From positions 1 to 33,116 of the forward strand of contig JABCTC010000037.1 of the NCBI GenBank assembly GCA_018238545.1: DNA of 33,116 nucleotides, read 5' to 3'. Below, in pieces: positions 1-9,679 of this stretch (positions within the stretch are counted from its first letter, which is position 1; each line of letters opens with the position of its first letter). The notes under the pieces were generated by a model that saw only the letters and a program-made list of their open reading frames with translations, was not told where the DNA came from and ran no database searches. Source of the DNA: Candidatus Heimdallarchaeota archaeon. GTDB taxonomy: Archaea; Asgardarchaeota; Heimdallarchaeia; Heimdallarchaeales; Heimdallarchaeaceae. A program made the position numbers and the translations under genes.

Positions 1-59
1 AGGTTTTTGTTGGATGTAGCCCCGAGGATCACTATGGGACTAGTGCATAGCTACAATCC
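1..59 (-). ncRNA. 5' part of a structured non-coding transcript (identity unknown; possibly a stable-RNA or pre-rRNA leader), running off the window edge
   Basis: GC-richer than its flanks. On the minus strand GGATTGTAGC (59-50) pairs with GCTACATCC (20-12), enclosing a CACTA/TAGTG hairpin. TTTAAATA box at 91-84 lies 25 nt upstream. No ORF. Confidence 0.35.
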
Positions 60-83
60 TTCAACATATGAGCTACACTGGTC

Positions 84-91
84 TATTTAAA
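84..91 (-). promoter_or_regulatory. archaeal TATA box (TTTAAATA)
   Basis: Canonical TATA sequence ~25 nt upstream of the start of the structured segment at 59. Confidence 0.4.
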
Positions 92-180
92 CACCAAAAA
101 AATGTACAAAAAAAATGTTATAATTACTCACGCATATATTAACCCAAAATGTTTAATTTGTACTGTGTAATCTTCTATTT

Positions 181-1650
181 ATGGTATCATTATTTGCTAG
201 AATTATCAACAGTTATGCTAGAATTATTGGTCGAATTTTAATGTTCATTCTACCAGTTACTGTTTTTGCAGGAATTATTTATCTTAACATTGTTCAAAGT
301 CTTGCTCCTTCAGAGATTCAACTAACTGTTGACATTTTGTGGTACGCCTTTCTCTTCAATAGTTTAGTACTTGCACTTAATGGAGTGTTAGTTTCATTTT
401 CTTTTGATGGGGAAGTGAAAAAGCTCACTAAGAAAGGAACACCGATTAACTCTTCAGCAGGATTTAGAAACTTAGAGAGAAAATATAAAGCCAGTAATCT
501 TTATTTGCTAATAATCTTGTTATTTGTTGTTCTATCCTATGGATTGTATGTGTTATCAACATATGGTTCCGCTGAAGTTGCACAATGGTTTAATGTTTCT
601 GCTGAAGGATTTTCAACTCTTACTTTCTATTTAGCTATTAGTAGCATAATTTTTGCTTTTTCAGCTACAATCATCATTAAAGTGCCAACATTGACTGGTT
701 TAGCAGTTGGTAGTTTGTTGCAATACTACGAGACAACTAGACATCCGTTCATACTCAAAGCTTTGATCTCTGAAGGTATTTCCACTTTAATTGACCCAAT
801 TACTAGAGTTTATTTCTTGCAGTGGTCTGAGATTATAGCTAATGATATCAGCGATGATTTTGCCCCCGGCTTAAGCCACAAAACAGAAAGGTCGTCTTTG
901 GCTGTACAAAATGTTCTAGTTTTATTATATCTACATTATCGTTTTCCAGAAATAATCGATAAAGATAATTTGGAAAGAGAATTATTCAGAATAGTATCAT
1001 TTGATTCTGTAGAAAAAGTAATTTATGGAGATCAGCTTAATCTTAAAGATTGGAAGACCATATTTGAGTATTTAACAAAACAAACACCTGAAATATTCTT
1101 GATTATCGACCGAATTATTCTGACTCTAACTGAAACTCCAGAACAGTTTGATGCAAAAAATTTCTGGATCAGTTCTGCTGTCCCACCCATTCAGAAAAAA
1201 GAAGAATCTCAAAACATACTATTCTTCATACTTAATCGTAAAGCTAGTGACCCCCATCCTCAAAAACTTGAAATGAACTTTAGTGGAGCTGATGAACTAT
1301 CACCTCGTGATCTAGATGTAGAATTTACCATTCGCGCATATGATGATTTTGTAACAATACCAAAAAATACATCCAACTTCTTGACATCTGAAAGAAGGCA
1401 GTTAATTAAATTAACAACTGGAATCCTATATCAAGGAACAGGAATCTGGTTTTCAGTCCATTCCGAGAATATTGGATCTAATTTGGTAGCCTTATCTTTC
1501 TCATCTAATACCGAGCCTGTTGCGACTCAAATTTTTAACTTAAGAGTTGTAAGAGACGTCAAGTTTTATATTCAATCATGGGGACCTAAACTTCTTGCGT
1601 CACTAGGTATCTTTCTACCAATTATTCGAGCCCTACTTGGGCTTGGTTAA
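181..1650 (+). CDS. hypothetical membrane protein (about 4 N-terminal TM helices, soluble middle/C-terminal region, hydrophobic C-terminal tail)
   Basis: 489-aa ORF with hydrophobic segments in aa ~15-170 and at the C-terminus; T-tract directly after the stop. No family recognised. Confidence 0.75.
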   Translation: MVSLFARIINSYARIIGRILMFILPVTVFAGIIYLNIVQSLAPSEIQLTVDILWYAFLFNSLVLALNGVLVSFSFDGEVKKLTKKGTPINSSAGFRNLERKYKASNLYLLIILLFVVLSYGLYVLSTYGSAEVAQWFNVSAEGFSTLTFYLAISSIIFAFSATIIIKVPTLTGLAVGSLLQYYETTRHPFILKALISEGISTLIDPITRVYFLQWSEIIANDISDDFAPGLSHKTERSSLAVQNVLVLLYLHYRFPEIIDKDNLERELFRIVSFDSVEKVIYGDQLNLKDWKTIFEYLTKQTPEIFLIIDRIILTLTETPEQFDAKNFWISSAVPPIQKKEESQNILFFILNRKASDPHPQKLEMNFSGADELSPRDLDVEFTIRAYDDFVTIPKNTSNFLTSERRQLIKLTTGILYQGTGIWFSVHSENIGSNLVALSFSSNTEPVATQIFNLRVVRDVKFYIQSWGPKLLASLGIFLPIIRALLGLG

Positions 1651-1702
1651 TTTTTTTACAAATTATTCCAAAAGATATTTATTAAGCCGTTGAAGAAATT
1701 AA

Positions 1703-2767
1703 TTGAACACATTGAACAAAACAGATCCTCGCATCAGAGAAGCTTATTTGTATAAAAAAATAGGTAATGGTAGTGTTCAATGCACTATTTGTCATGTAAA
1801 TTGTGTTCTGAAAGAGGGAGAGATTGGGTTTTGCAAAACAAGAAAAAATATCGAAGGAAAATTACATACAATAGTGTATGGAGACATATCAAGTTACAGT
1901 CTTCACCCGATTGAAAAGATACCTGCTTATCACTACTTCCCTGGTTCAATTGCTTTAACTTTCGGGAGTTGGGGGTGTAACATGGCGTGTGATTGGTGTA
2001 ATAATTGGGATATTACGATGAATAAACCTCCTGAGAAATTTACTCATGCAAGTTTAATGACACCTGAGAAAGTTATAGAAAATGCCAATTTCAATCCTTC
2101 CATAAATGGTGTCTGTTTTTCTTTTAATGAGCCTACTCTTTCTTTTGAATTTGCATTAGATGTATTTCATTTACTTTCTAACAACTTCTATAAATATTTT
2201 GCAACAAATGGATATATGACAGTAGAAGTACTTGATTTACTCATTAGTTCTGGATTGAATGGTTTGACTGTTGGTTTTAAAGGAACAGAGAACATCACCA
2301 ATACTCTGTTAAACATTAAACAGAGAAAAATCTGGGATAATTTGCAAATTGCTGCTCAAAGAGGAGTGCATCTAGAACTTTCATACCTATTGATTCCATC
2401 AATAAATGATGATGAAGAATTCATCAGAGATTTTTCTCAAAAAGTTATTAAAAAACTATCTACAAATATTCCTGTCCATTTTTTGCGATATTTTCCATCG
2501 CACTTAACTAAAGGTGAAAAAACTTCAGTTTCCAACCTTCAAAAAGCACATACAATTGCAAAGAATGAAGGTTTAAACTATGTATATATAGGTAATATAC
2601 CAGGGCACCCATTTCAGAGTACTTACTGTCCTGATTGTTCGGAACTTCTAATAAAACGAGATCAATTTTCTGTAATTTTTAGTAAGCTTACACCTGACAA
2701 CAGATGTCCTAGCTGCAATTATCCTCTTCATGTCTTTCCTTACAGACCTCAATACATAAACAGTTAA
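1703..2767 (+). CDS. amrS: AmmeMemoRadiSam-system radical SAM enzyme (PflA-like)
   Basis: N-terminal CxxCxxxC-x8-C (CTICHVNC...GFC), PIEKIPAYHYFPG, radical SAM GCNMACDWC, FNEPT, C-terminal YVYIGN..GH...TYCPDC and CPSC. TTG start. Confidence 0.85.
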   Translation: MNTLNKTDPRIREAYLYKKIGNGSVQCTICHVNCVLKEGEIGFCKTRKNIEGKLHTIVYGDISSYSLHPIEKIPAYHYFPGSIALTFGSWGCNMACDWCNNWDITMNKPPEKFTHASLMTPEKVIENANFNPSINGVCFSFNEPTLSFEFALDVFHLLSNNFYKYFATNGYMTVEVLDLLISSGLNGLTVGFKGTENITNTLLNIKQRKIWDNLQIAAQRGVHLELSYLLIPSINDDEEFIRDFSQKVIKKLSTNIPVHFLRYFPSHLTKGEKTSVSNLQKAHTIAKNEGLNYVYIGNIPGHPFQSTYCPDCSELLIKRDQFSVIFSKLTPDNRCPSCNYPLHVFPYRPQYINS

Positions 2768-2808
2768 AAACCGCTCAAATCAAGAAAACTTACATTAACT
2801 TTAAATGA

Positions 2809-3960
2809 ATGCAACATTATTTTCTATTGATGATTATTCATTCACTTGTTTATGCAGCTATTTCATTAACAATTATAATCGCTATGATAATTGTAGTAAT
2901 TTGGAAACAATTTGAGCTCGCATCGTCATCAGTCTATTTCATGTTGGGCATTTTAGTAGGTATTGCAGGTTGGATAATTGGAGATATGATGCAAATTATT
3001 TTAAGTCAACCAGGCTATGAACCTTGGGTGTTAGTTTTTTCCCAGTTTGCTACTATTTGCAACATGGTAGCAATGATTTCTACTGTTCTATTTGCTAGAG
3101 TATTAAGTGCTCGAGAAACACTTAATTCCAAAGCTGTAGCATTCGCATTTGCTTTATTCGGTGCAGTAGTGTTGATGACATTAGCTGGAGGATATCCCCA
3201 TGACGATAATCAATTATGGACATATACTGTTCTAGAATTTAATCCCGCACTCGATTTTACTGTAACCACAGCTAGTATTCTTTGGATGGTAACAGATGGA
3301 GTTATGGTTCTTTTTGCTGGAGGAACGCTGATGTGGTATCTTTATCGTCAGAGAAGATTTATTGAAGATAGACACAAGAAAATTATCACTTTTATGATGG
3401 TTGGTACCTTCTTAGCATTTATTGTAAGTATAATTATCTACGCATTCTATGCAATAGCACCTGATGTTTTCAGTGTTATTCTTCATTTAGAGCTTATTAC
3501 CGCGGCAATTGGAGCTTCCATGATCGGTATAGGAATGATTTGGGGCGGAAAACAGGTACTCTATGGGTCTTCAAGAGTTTATTCTGTTCACATCTTTGAT
3601 GAAGGTGGTCTCAGTCTTTATGCAGGGTTGTTAGGTGCTGCTGAATACGATGTTAATGAACACTTAATCTCTGGAGTTGCAACAGCAATTTCTAACTTCA
3701 CAAGTCAGCTAGTTGGTAAAGATATTGTGCCATATGAAATTGAACTTGGTGACTACGCAATGATGCTAGAACCAAAAGGAGAGTACATAGGTTTCATAAT
3801 CTGTGAATTTCCATCAGCTCAAGTCAGAGCAGGTTTAAAAAACATAATGAACGATTTTGACCCTAAAATGGGCAATGATGAAATTTCAGGTATAATTGAT
3901 AGTTATATGCCCTATGGAAAGCCAAGAGTTATGGATATATTTGAGGATTTTCCTGAGTAA
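2809..3960 (+). CDS. 7-TM membrane protein with C-terminal longin/roadblock-like domain
   Basis: About seven hydrophobic helices in aa 1-245, then a ~125-aa domain VYSVHIFDEGGLSLY...LISGVATAISNFTSQL...EIELGDYAMMLE...IGFIIC with longin-like beta-beta-alpha-beta-beta-beta-alpha patterning. Confidence 0.65.
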   Translation: MQHYFLLMIIHSLVYAAISLTIIIAMIIVVIWKQFELASSSVYFMLGILVGIAGWIIGDMMQIILSQPGYEPWVLVFSQFATICNMVAMISTVLFARVLSARETLNSKAVAFAFALFGAVVLMTLAGGYPHDDNQLWTYTVLEFNPALDFTVTTASILWMVTDGVMVLFAGGTLMWYLYRQRRFIEDRHKKIITFMMVGTFLAFIVSIIIYAFYAIAPDVFSVILHLELITAAIGASMIGIGMIWGGKQVLYGSSRVYSVHIFDEGGLSLYAGLLGAAEYDVNEHLISGVATAISNFTSQLVGKDIVPYEIELGDYAMMLEPKGEYIGFIICEFPSAQVRAGLKNIMNDFDPKMGNDEISGIIDSYMPYGKPRVMDIFEDFPE

Positions 3961-4010
3961 AGTAAACTCTATTTGAAAAATCTAATATACTCCTTTTTTC
4001 TTTTTATCTC

Positions 4011-5360
4011 ATGGACTTAGCTGTTAGAGGGAAAGTTGCACTTTATTTTGATTATCAACAGAAATTACAAATTGTGAAGAACCCACTAATTGTTGTTGAA
4101 GATAATTCAATTGTGGATATCGGTACTTTTAATGACAAAAAAGATCTCATCTCTGGTCATGATATTGTTGGAGATGAAAACCAGTTACTAATCCCAGGTC
4201 TTGTAAATTGTCACACTCATTTAACTATGACACTATTCCGAGGATTAGCTGACGACCTCCCTTTAGATATATGGCTCAGGGAACACATCTGGCCATTAGA
4301 AGAAAAACTTCAAGCAACTGATGTACATTCTGGAGCTAAACTTGGTGCTTTGGAATCTATAGCTTCAGGAGCAACAACAGTTAATTCCATGTATTGGTTT
4401 CCCTCCGAGGAAGCAAGAGCTTTTGCAGAAAGTGGTTTAAGAGGTTTCATTGCTGCCCCTGTTATAACAGGAATTGCAACTTTACCTGAGGCCATAAAGG
4501 ATATAGAAAATCATCATGACACAGTAGATGGAAGGATAAGAGTGTGTTTGGCATTGCATTCTCCTTATACAGTAACCATACAGGATTTCAAAGATTCCGC
4601 GAAATATATCAAAGATTATAATGAAAATACCTCTAAACCAGAATTACTCTTGCATACTCATTTAGCTGAATCTAAAACTGAAATGCAAGATAGTAGAGAA
4701 TTGAACAGAAAACATAATCTAGCTTTTCCAGATGTTTCAACACCAACAGAATTCTTGAATGAAATAGGTATTTTGAATGAGAATCTTATTGCAGCTCATT
4801 GCATACATCTTACTGAGACAGACATTCAACTTTTCAAAAATACAAGAGCGAGAATCTCTTTGAACCCTCTTTCGAATGCTAAACTTGGCAACCATATGCC
4901 TCCAGTTTTAGGAATCATAGATCAAGTTGAAAATGTTGGCATAGGAACTGATGGACCTGCTAGCAACAATACTTTGGACCTTTTTGATACCGTCAGGTTT
5001 TTAGCTCTATATTACAAAGGTTTCTACCATGATCCAACACTAGTTACAGCTGAACAAGTCTTTCGTTTAGCCACTATCGGTGGAGAAAAAGCTGTTAATT
5101 GGAAAGGTATAGGTTCGCTAGAACCCAACACTCTAGCAGATATTGTAACTATCAACTTGAAAAAACCCCATCTAACACCCAATGATCCAGATGATGCAAT
5201 TTTGAATCATTTTGCTTATTCAATGAAGGGAAGTGATGTGGAAAATGTAATTATTGATGGAAAGCTAATTTTCGAAAATAGAAACTTCATTGATCAGAAT
5301 GTAGATGAAGCCATTACGAAGGTGGAAAAAATTGCTCAACGATTATTATCCAAAGATTGA
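4011..5360 (+). CDS. mtaD: amidohydrolase, 5-methylthioadenosine/S-adenosylhomocysteine deaminase family
   Basis: PGLVNCHTH metal motif, FRGLADDLPLDIWL, HSPYT, HTHLAES, AHCIHL, NPLSNAKL, GTDGPASNN. Confidence 0.8.
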   Translation: MDLAVRGKVALYFDYQQKLQIVKNPLIVVEDNSIVDIGTFNDKKDLISGHDIVGDENQLLIPGLVNCHTHLTMTLFRGLADDLPLDIWLREHIWPLEEKLQATDVHSGAKLGALESIASGATTVNSMYWFPSEEARAFAESGLRGFIAAPVITGIATLPEAIKDIENHHDTVDGRIRVCLALHSPYTVTIQDFKDSAKYIKDYNENTSKPELLLHTHLAESKTEMQDSRELNRKHNLAFPDVSTPTEFLNEIGILNENLIAAHCIHLTETDIQLFKNTRARISLNPLSNAKLGNHMPPVLGIIDQVENVGIGTDGPASNNTLDLFDTVRFLALYYKGFYHDPTLVTAEQVFRLATIGGEKAVNWKGIGSLEPNTLADIVTINLKKPHLTPNDPDDAILNHFAYSMKGSDVENVIIDGKLIFENRNFIDQNVDEAITKVEKIAQRLLSKD

Positions 5361-6253
5361 TGCTTATGTTCTAGACTAAGGATTAGTATTCCTATCAGTG
5401 CGACTGTGATTGCAATGCCTAAAATAGCTTGGTTGAGCACGCTTAAAACCCGCCATTCAAATAATACTAGACCACCAAACAAGATAGGAATTATGGTTAT
5501 AAACCCATTATACAATGCCATGATGTTAGTTACTTTCCCTTTTCTAAAAGCAAGCTGGAGTCCACCTGTTGAACCTAGAGCGGTTAACAAGAAACCTATG
5601 ATGTACAGAATTAGCACATAAATAGCAGGACTGCTTTCTGTAGAAGAGAACCAGATAATTATTCCTTTTACTAAAATCGCTTGTATTCCAGCTGCTACTC
5701 CAGCTACAAATGCAAACGAGTATGTAGTATGTTTTTTTAATTTGAAGAAAAATATTAATGGCAAAACAACACATAATGCAATTGAGCTCAGGATCAGTAT
5801 TAACCCACCATAGGAATGAGCTAGTAAGTTCCAATCAGTCCAATTTAGTGGTTCTGTGCTTAAACTTGTGAAATATGAAGAAACACTTACACCAGCAATA
5901 ACCAAAATAATCCCAATAATTTCTTTGTAATTGAATGATTCTTGGAGATCGATGTGAGCATATGTTATCAAAATAACTAATCCGAATCCTGAAAGGGGAG
6001 CAATAGCACTTAATGGAGCCCAGATTAAAGCAATGAAATATAGAATAATACTCAGTAGTGTAAGTAAGAAACCTAATAGCCAAGTCTTACTACGTATTAA
6101 CAGTTTCAGCATCACAATTATGCTTTTCTGATCCTCAGGGCTGAGTTTCTTAACAGCTTTTTTCTCCAAAGCAAATCCGATATTAAATGCAGTGTAAGAA
6201 AGTAAACCAGAAAGAATAGACACTATAAACAACCAAGAGCTCATTGTGTTCAA
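5336..6253 (-). CDS. DMT-superfamily / NIPA-like membrane transporter
   Basis: About 9 TM helices; G.ALEKK, WLLG and ALIWAPLSAIAPL motifs typical of NIPA/DMT proteins. 3' end overlaps the convergent deaminase gene by 25 nt. Confidence 0.7.
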   Translation of the reverse strand: MNTMSSWLFIVSILSGLLSYTAFNIGFALEKKAVKKLSPEDQKSIIVMLKLLIRSKTWLLGFLLTLLSIILYFIALIWAPLSAIAPLSGFGLVILITYAHIDLQESFNYKEIIGIILVIAGVSVSSYFTSLSTEPLNWTDWNLLAHSYGGLILILSSIALCVVLPLIFFFKLKKHTTYSFAFVAGVAAGIQAILVKGIIIWFSSTESSPAIYVLILYIIGFLLTALGSTGGLQLAFRKGKVTNIMALYNGFITIIPILFGGLVLFEWRVLSVLNQAILGIAITVALIGILILSLEHKHQSLDNNR

Positions 6254-6295
6254 CTTGGTGAAAATGCTTTTATATGTTTTTACATCGATTATTTT

Positions 6296-7201
6296 GTGAA
6301 CTCAGAGTGGTATGATTCTGCAATTATGAATCTAAAAGCAGATAATATAAGTGGATCAGAGGAAATTGTAAGAAAAGCAATACATGTTGTTAAGCAACAA
6401 ATTTCTAACAATCCAGAAAAATATACAACAATAAATGACCTTATCACAATGTTGAGAGAGATAATAAAAATCAAAAAAGAGATGGTTGCTTTACGTAATG
6501 TCCTCATCTACTTCATCGACTTTTTCCAATTAGGTGTAAGAGTGGAAGATATAGCTGATAGAGTTTTAGAAAAATTGGATAATCAAAGAGAATCTCTGTC
6601 AGAGAAACTTGTTCCTTTGTTGACTAAGAGCAAAACAATAATGACCCATTCTCGTTCAAGCACATTTGTTTATTCTTTATTCAAACTCTTAGATTTTAAG
6701 AAGAGAGAAGAATTACCTGAATTAGTAATCTTCGAATCTAGACCAGCACTTGAAGGCAAGAAATTGGCGCTAGAAGCTTCCAAAGCGGGATTTAAGGTAA
6801 GCTATCTTGTGGATGCAGCAATGGGTTTAGCATTGAAAATTTTCAAACCAGACATAGTTTTAATCGGAGCTGATGTTATTTTTCCAAATGGTAATGTAGC
6901 AAACAAAATCGGATGTCATGCATTAGCAATGTTTGCTTATCAATATCAAGTACCAATGTATGTTGCAAGTACCACCTTAAAATTGCTTTTGAAAGCAATC
7001 CCATTCACCATCCAGAGCTATAAATCTACCGAAATCTGGCCAAAGGATAAACCAGATGATGTTAAGATTTTCAACCCATACTTTGAAATGATTCCAGCAA
7101 ATTTAATCCACGGTTTTATAACAGAATTTGGTATCAGTGACAATATTCCTGATGTGAAATTGGAAATAGAAAAAGAATACATCCATAAATTGTACGAATG
7201 A
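6296..7201 (+). CDS. eIF2B alpha/beta/delta (IF-2B) family protein
   Basis: MTHSRSST, ESRPALEG, VDAA, IGADVI..NGNVANKIG and NPYFE.IP...I..FITEFG motifs. Confidence 0.85.
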   Translation: MNSEWYDSAIMNLKADNISGSEEIVRKAIHVVKQQISNNPEKYTTINDLITMLREIIKIKKEMVALRNVLIYFIDFFQLGVRVEDIADRVLEKLDNQRESLSEKLVPLLTKSKTIMTHSRSSTFVYSLFKLLDFKKREELPELVIFESRPALEGKKLALEASKAGFKVSYLVDAAMGLALKIFKPDIVLIGADVIFPNGNVANKIGCHALAMFAYQYQVPMYVASTTLKLLLKAIPFTIQSYKSTEIWPKDKPDDVKIFNPYFEMIPANLIHGFITEFGISDNIPDVKLEIEKEYIHKLYE

Positions 7202-7205
7202 TTTT

Positions 7206-7922
7206 CTAAGTTTCTAGCATTCTATCTTTGTTTTCTGGAACAACAGGTTCGATATAATAAGCAATTTTTCCTGCCCATCTTACTTCTCCTGTTCGATAAA
7301 CAGGATTAGATCGTATATTACGTAGAGTTGACACTGGGATATTATACTTAAGACTGAGGGTTTTAAGAGATGCAAAAGGATTATCAAACTCTCCAAAGAG
7401 TCTTCTGATTAAACCTCTTTTACTTTCATCTATTACTAATCCTCCTTTATCGTTTACAGAATAACCGAAAGGTGGTCGTGACATGACTTTTTCTTCCTTT
7501 ATCCGTCTTAACATACCCTTATATCGTTTTTCTCTATATTTCTCTAATTCCATTTCACCGAACAGATCTTTTATTCTGGAGAAAGCCTTGTTATCTTCAT
7601 CATCTAAGCAAACTATGGGTATTTCTCTTTTCTTGAGTAAAATACGGATATAACCTAGAACGTCAACATCTCTAGATAATCTATCTCGACTTTGACTCCA
7701 AAGTTCATCAAACTCTCCCTCTTCAGCCATTTTTAGAACTTTCTTGAAACCTTCTCTATACTCAGGTTCACTATCTCCAGGAATATCTTCATCTTTAATA
7801 ACAGCTACAATTTCTCTATCCCCGACTTGATAAATTTTCGCTGATACATCATCAATTTGCGTTTCAAGACCTGATTCTTGATCTGCTGTTGATGTTCTCG
7901 AGTATACTACACACCTAATCAT
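7206..7922 (-). CDS. serine recombinase (resolvase/invertase catalytic domain + short recombinase/HTH tail)
   Basis: YSRTSTADQ catalytic Ser motif, DEDIPG, R.GF, RDRLSR, PPFGY, HTH-like C-terminus ending NPVY. Confidence 0.9.
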   Translation of the reverse strand: MIRCVVYSRTSTADQESGLETQIDDVSAKIYQVGDREIVAVIKDEDIPGDSEPEYREGFKKVLKMAEEGEFDELWSQSRDRLSRDVDVLGYIRILLKKREIPIVCLDDEDNKAFSRIKDLFGEMELEKYREKRYKGMLRRIKEEKVMSRPPFGYSVNDKGGLVIDESKRGLIRRLFGEFDNPFASLKTLSLKYNIPVSTLRNIRSNPVYRTGEVRWAGKIAYYIEPVVPENKDRMLET

Positions 7923-7924
7923 TT

Positions 7925-7966
7925 TAACCTTATTAAGAAGGTCAGTAACCTTCAGTAAAAGGTAAG
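7925..7966. repeat. two tandem 21-bp units, each an ACCTT-N6-AAGGT palindrome (putative recombinase binding / res-like site)
   Basis: taACCTTattaagAAGGTcag (7925-7945) and taACCTTcagtaaAAGGTaag (7946-7966), immediately upstream of the recombinase ATG. Confidence 0.6.
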
Positions 7967-7994
7967 TAATACAGAGAAAATATGTTTAATCTCA

Positions 7995-8441
7995 TTACTC
8001 TTCGAAGACGATTTGCTCAACTAGTCTATCGTCTTGTTTCTTAGTAATGTATCTATAGATGAAGTATTCAACAGTTTCAATTGCTTTTTCTAGATCAAGT
8101 GGAACAGCTCTACCAGCTTCTTTGTATTGCAATAATTTCTGTCTTAATATCCCCAATGTCAGAGCAACAACTCTGTTTCTTTCATATAGTTCATTTGCTT
8201 TTAATCTTATCAGCGCATATTCTTGAAAAAGAGTGGAATAATTCTTACTAATTTCTGTAAATTCCTTTTCATCTTTGTTTTTCTTCTCTTTGATATCTTC
8301 TATTTCCCATTCAGCTAGCTCATTAGGAATAACATCTAAGTAATAAAGATAGTAAGCAAGATCACTTGCAAAAATCATTTCATTCTCACAGGGTATTTTA
8401 TTTTTGAATTTTACTGTATACATTGTTGTACCTATTTTCAT
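7995..8441 (-). CDS. hypothetical protein (helical)
   Basis: 148-aa ORF directly abutting the upstream ORF; no family recognised. Confidence 0.7.
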   Translation of the reverse strand: MKIGTTMYTVKFKNKIPCENEMIFASDLAYYLYYLDVIPNELAEWEIEDIKEKKNKDEKEFTEISKNYSTLFQEYALIRLKANELYERNRVVALTLGILRQKLLQYKEAGRAVPLDLEKAIETVEYFIYRYITKKQDDRLVEQIVFEE

Positions 8442-8804
8442 CTAGAGACCCTCCTCAAACTGCTTGACAATCTTTTCTATTCTAATTATGCTGTCATAGT
8501 CTTTTTCATATTCTACAAGAGCTTCTCTTAAAATAACTACATGTCTATTTATAGTATCTAATTCTGTATATCGAGCATTTAACCTAAATGCAAATTCAGC
8601 ATACTTCATTACAGTAAGAAAGAAACTGCGAAAGCTTACTTCTTCAGTTTTACTATAACTCTTTTCCCATGCGTGAAAAATTATGTTCATTGTATGTGGA
8701 AATTTTTTCAATAAAACCTCTTCTTTGATCTTTAATTTCTGAGCATAATTCTTAATCCTTCTACTTTGAGTTATATCAAAAGTAAGCTGCTTTATTTTCT
8801 TCAT
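8442..8804 (-). CDS. hypothetical protein (helical, basic)
   Basis: 120-aa ORF; its stop is adjacent to the next ATG, suggesting translational coupling. Confidence 0.7.
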   Translation of the reverse strand: MKKIKQLTFDITQSRRIKNYAQKLKIKEEVLLKKFPHTMNIIFHAWEKSYSKTEEVSFRSFFLTVMKYAEFAFRLNARYTELDTINRHVVILREALVEYEKDYDSIIRIEKIVKQFEEGL

Positions 8805-8902
8805 TGTCTTATTTCTGTTACCTTTACAAAATTGATAAACATTTAGTTAGTTTTTACTGCTACTTTTTGTGTGAGAAAAGTTCTTGAAAAACTAATAGTG
8901 TT

Positions 8903-9595
8903 TCATGAATACACTTGATTTGCTAGATAGTTAAAGATAATCGTAAGAGGTATTTCATAACACTGGGCGTTTACATTAGAAGTTTCATAAAAAACAATCT
9001 CTCTGTCCACCAGAGATGAATAAACTATTCTTTCTGCAATTTCCTTCCCAAGATATACTCCTTTCTCTCTTAGATCAGACTTGTTAATAAAAACAATAAC
9101 AGGTATTTTCCTTTGTTTTCTTTGTTCTTCTATATTTAACATATCTAAGTAATGTACAATTTTCTCCATAGAAGATATATTTGTTCCATCTGCCATAATA
9201 ATAACTAAATGAGCACCTTGAATTGCAATTTCTTGCATGAAATCAAATCTTTCTTGGCCTGCAGGATCATTGAATAGTACTTGAAAAGCTTCGTCTATTG
9301 ACTCATAATCAATAGTATTCAATTCATTAAATTTTTTCACAAGTATCTTGTTAAAACGGGTTAGAACAATCACAGAGTTTACAACATTAAGAGAGATTGT
9401 TGTTGTGCTTTGACTAAAATTATTATATTTTAATGGAGTAAAATCTAAATTGTCTCCTACTTCTTTGAAAACACGTCTAGCAACATCATTCTTCTCAAAA
9501 TCGCCAAATAATGCTTCCAGAAAAGAAGTTTTCCCAGAACCTGTTGTACCTAACACTGTTATCTTCTTCATGATTAAAGGTTCAACTAGTGTCAT
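8903..9595 (-). CDS. small Ras-superfamily GTPase with insertions
   Basis: G1 GTTGSGKT, G2 STTTIS, G3 DPAGQERF, G4 NKSD, G5 ETS. Confidence 0.85.
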   Translation of the reverse strand: MTLVEPLIMKKITVLGTTGSGKTSFLEALFGDFEKNDVARRVFKEVGDNLDFTPLKYNNFSQSTTTISLNVVNSVIVLTRFNKILVKKFNELNTIDYESIDEAFQVLFNDPAGQERFDFMQEIAIQGAHLVIIMADGTNISSMEKIVHYLDMLNIEEQRKQRKIPVIVFINKSDLREKGVYLGKEIAERIVYSSLVDREIVFYETSNVNAQCYEIPLTIIFNYLANQVYS

Positions 9596-9679
9596 AGCCA
9601 GTACTCCATTTTAAAATTATCGAATCATAATTGATAAGTCTTTTTTTTGTCCTAGTAGGAAAGTTTTGAAAAACAGTTG

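Noticed and set aside
7206-7922. IS607-type transposase
   Set aside because: The catalytic domain is N-terminal with no leading MerR-like HTH, and there is no tnpB next to it.
8875-9674. Similar AAAGTT(C)TTGAAAAAC strings after two minus-strand stop codons
   Set aside because: Short and T-rich on the coding strand, consistent with ordinary archaeal terminators rather than att sites.
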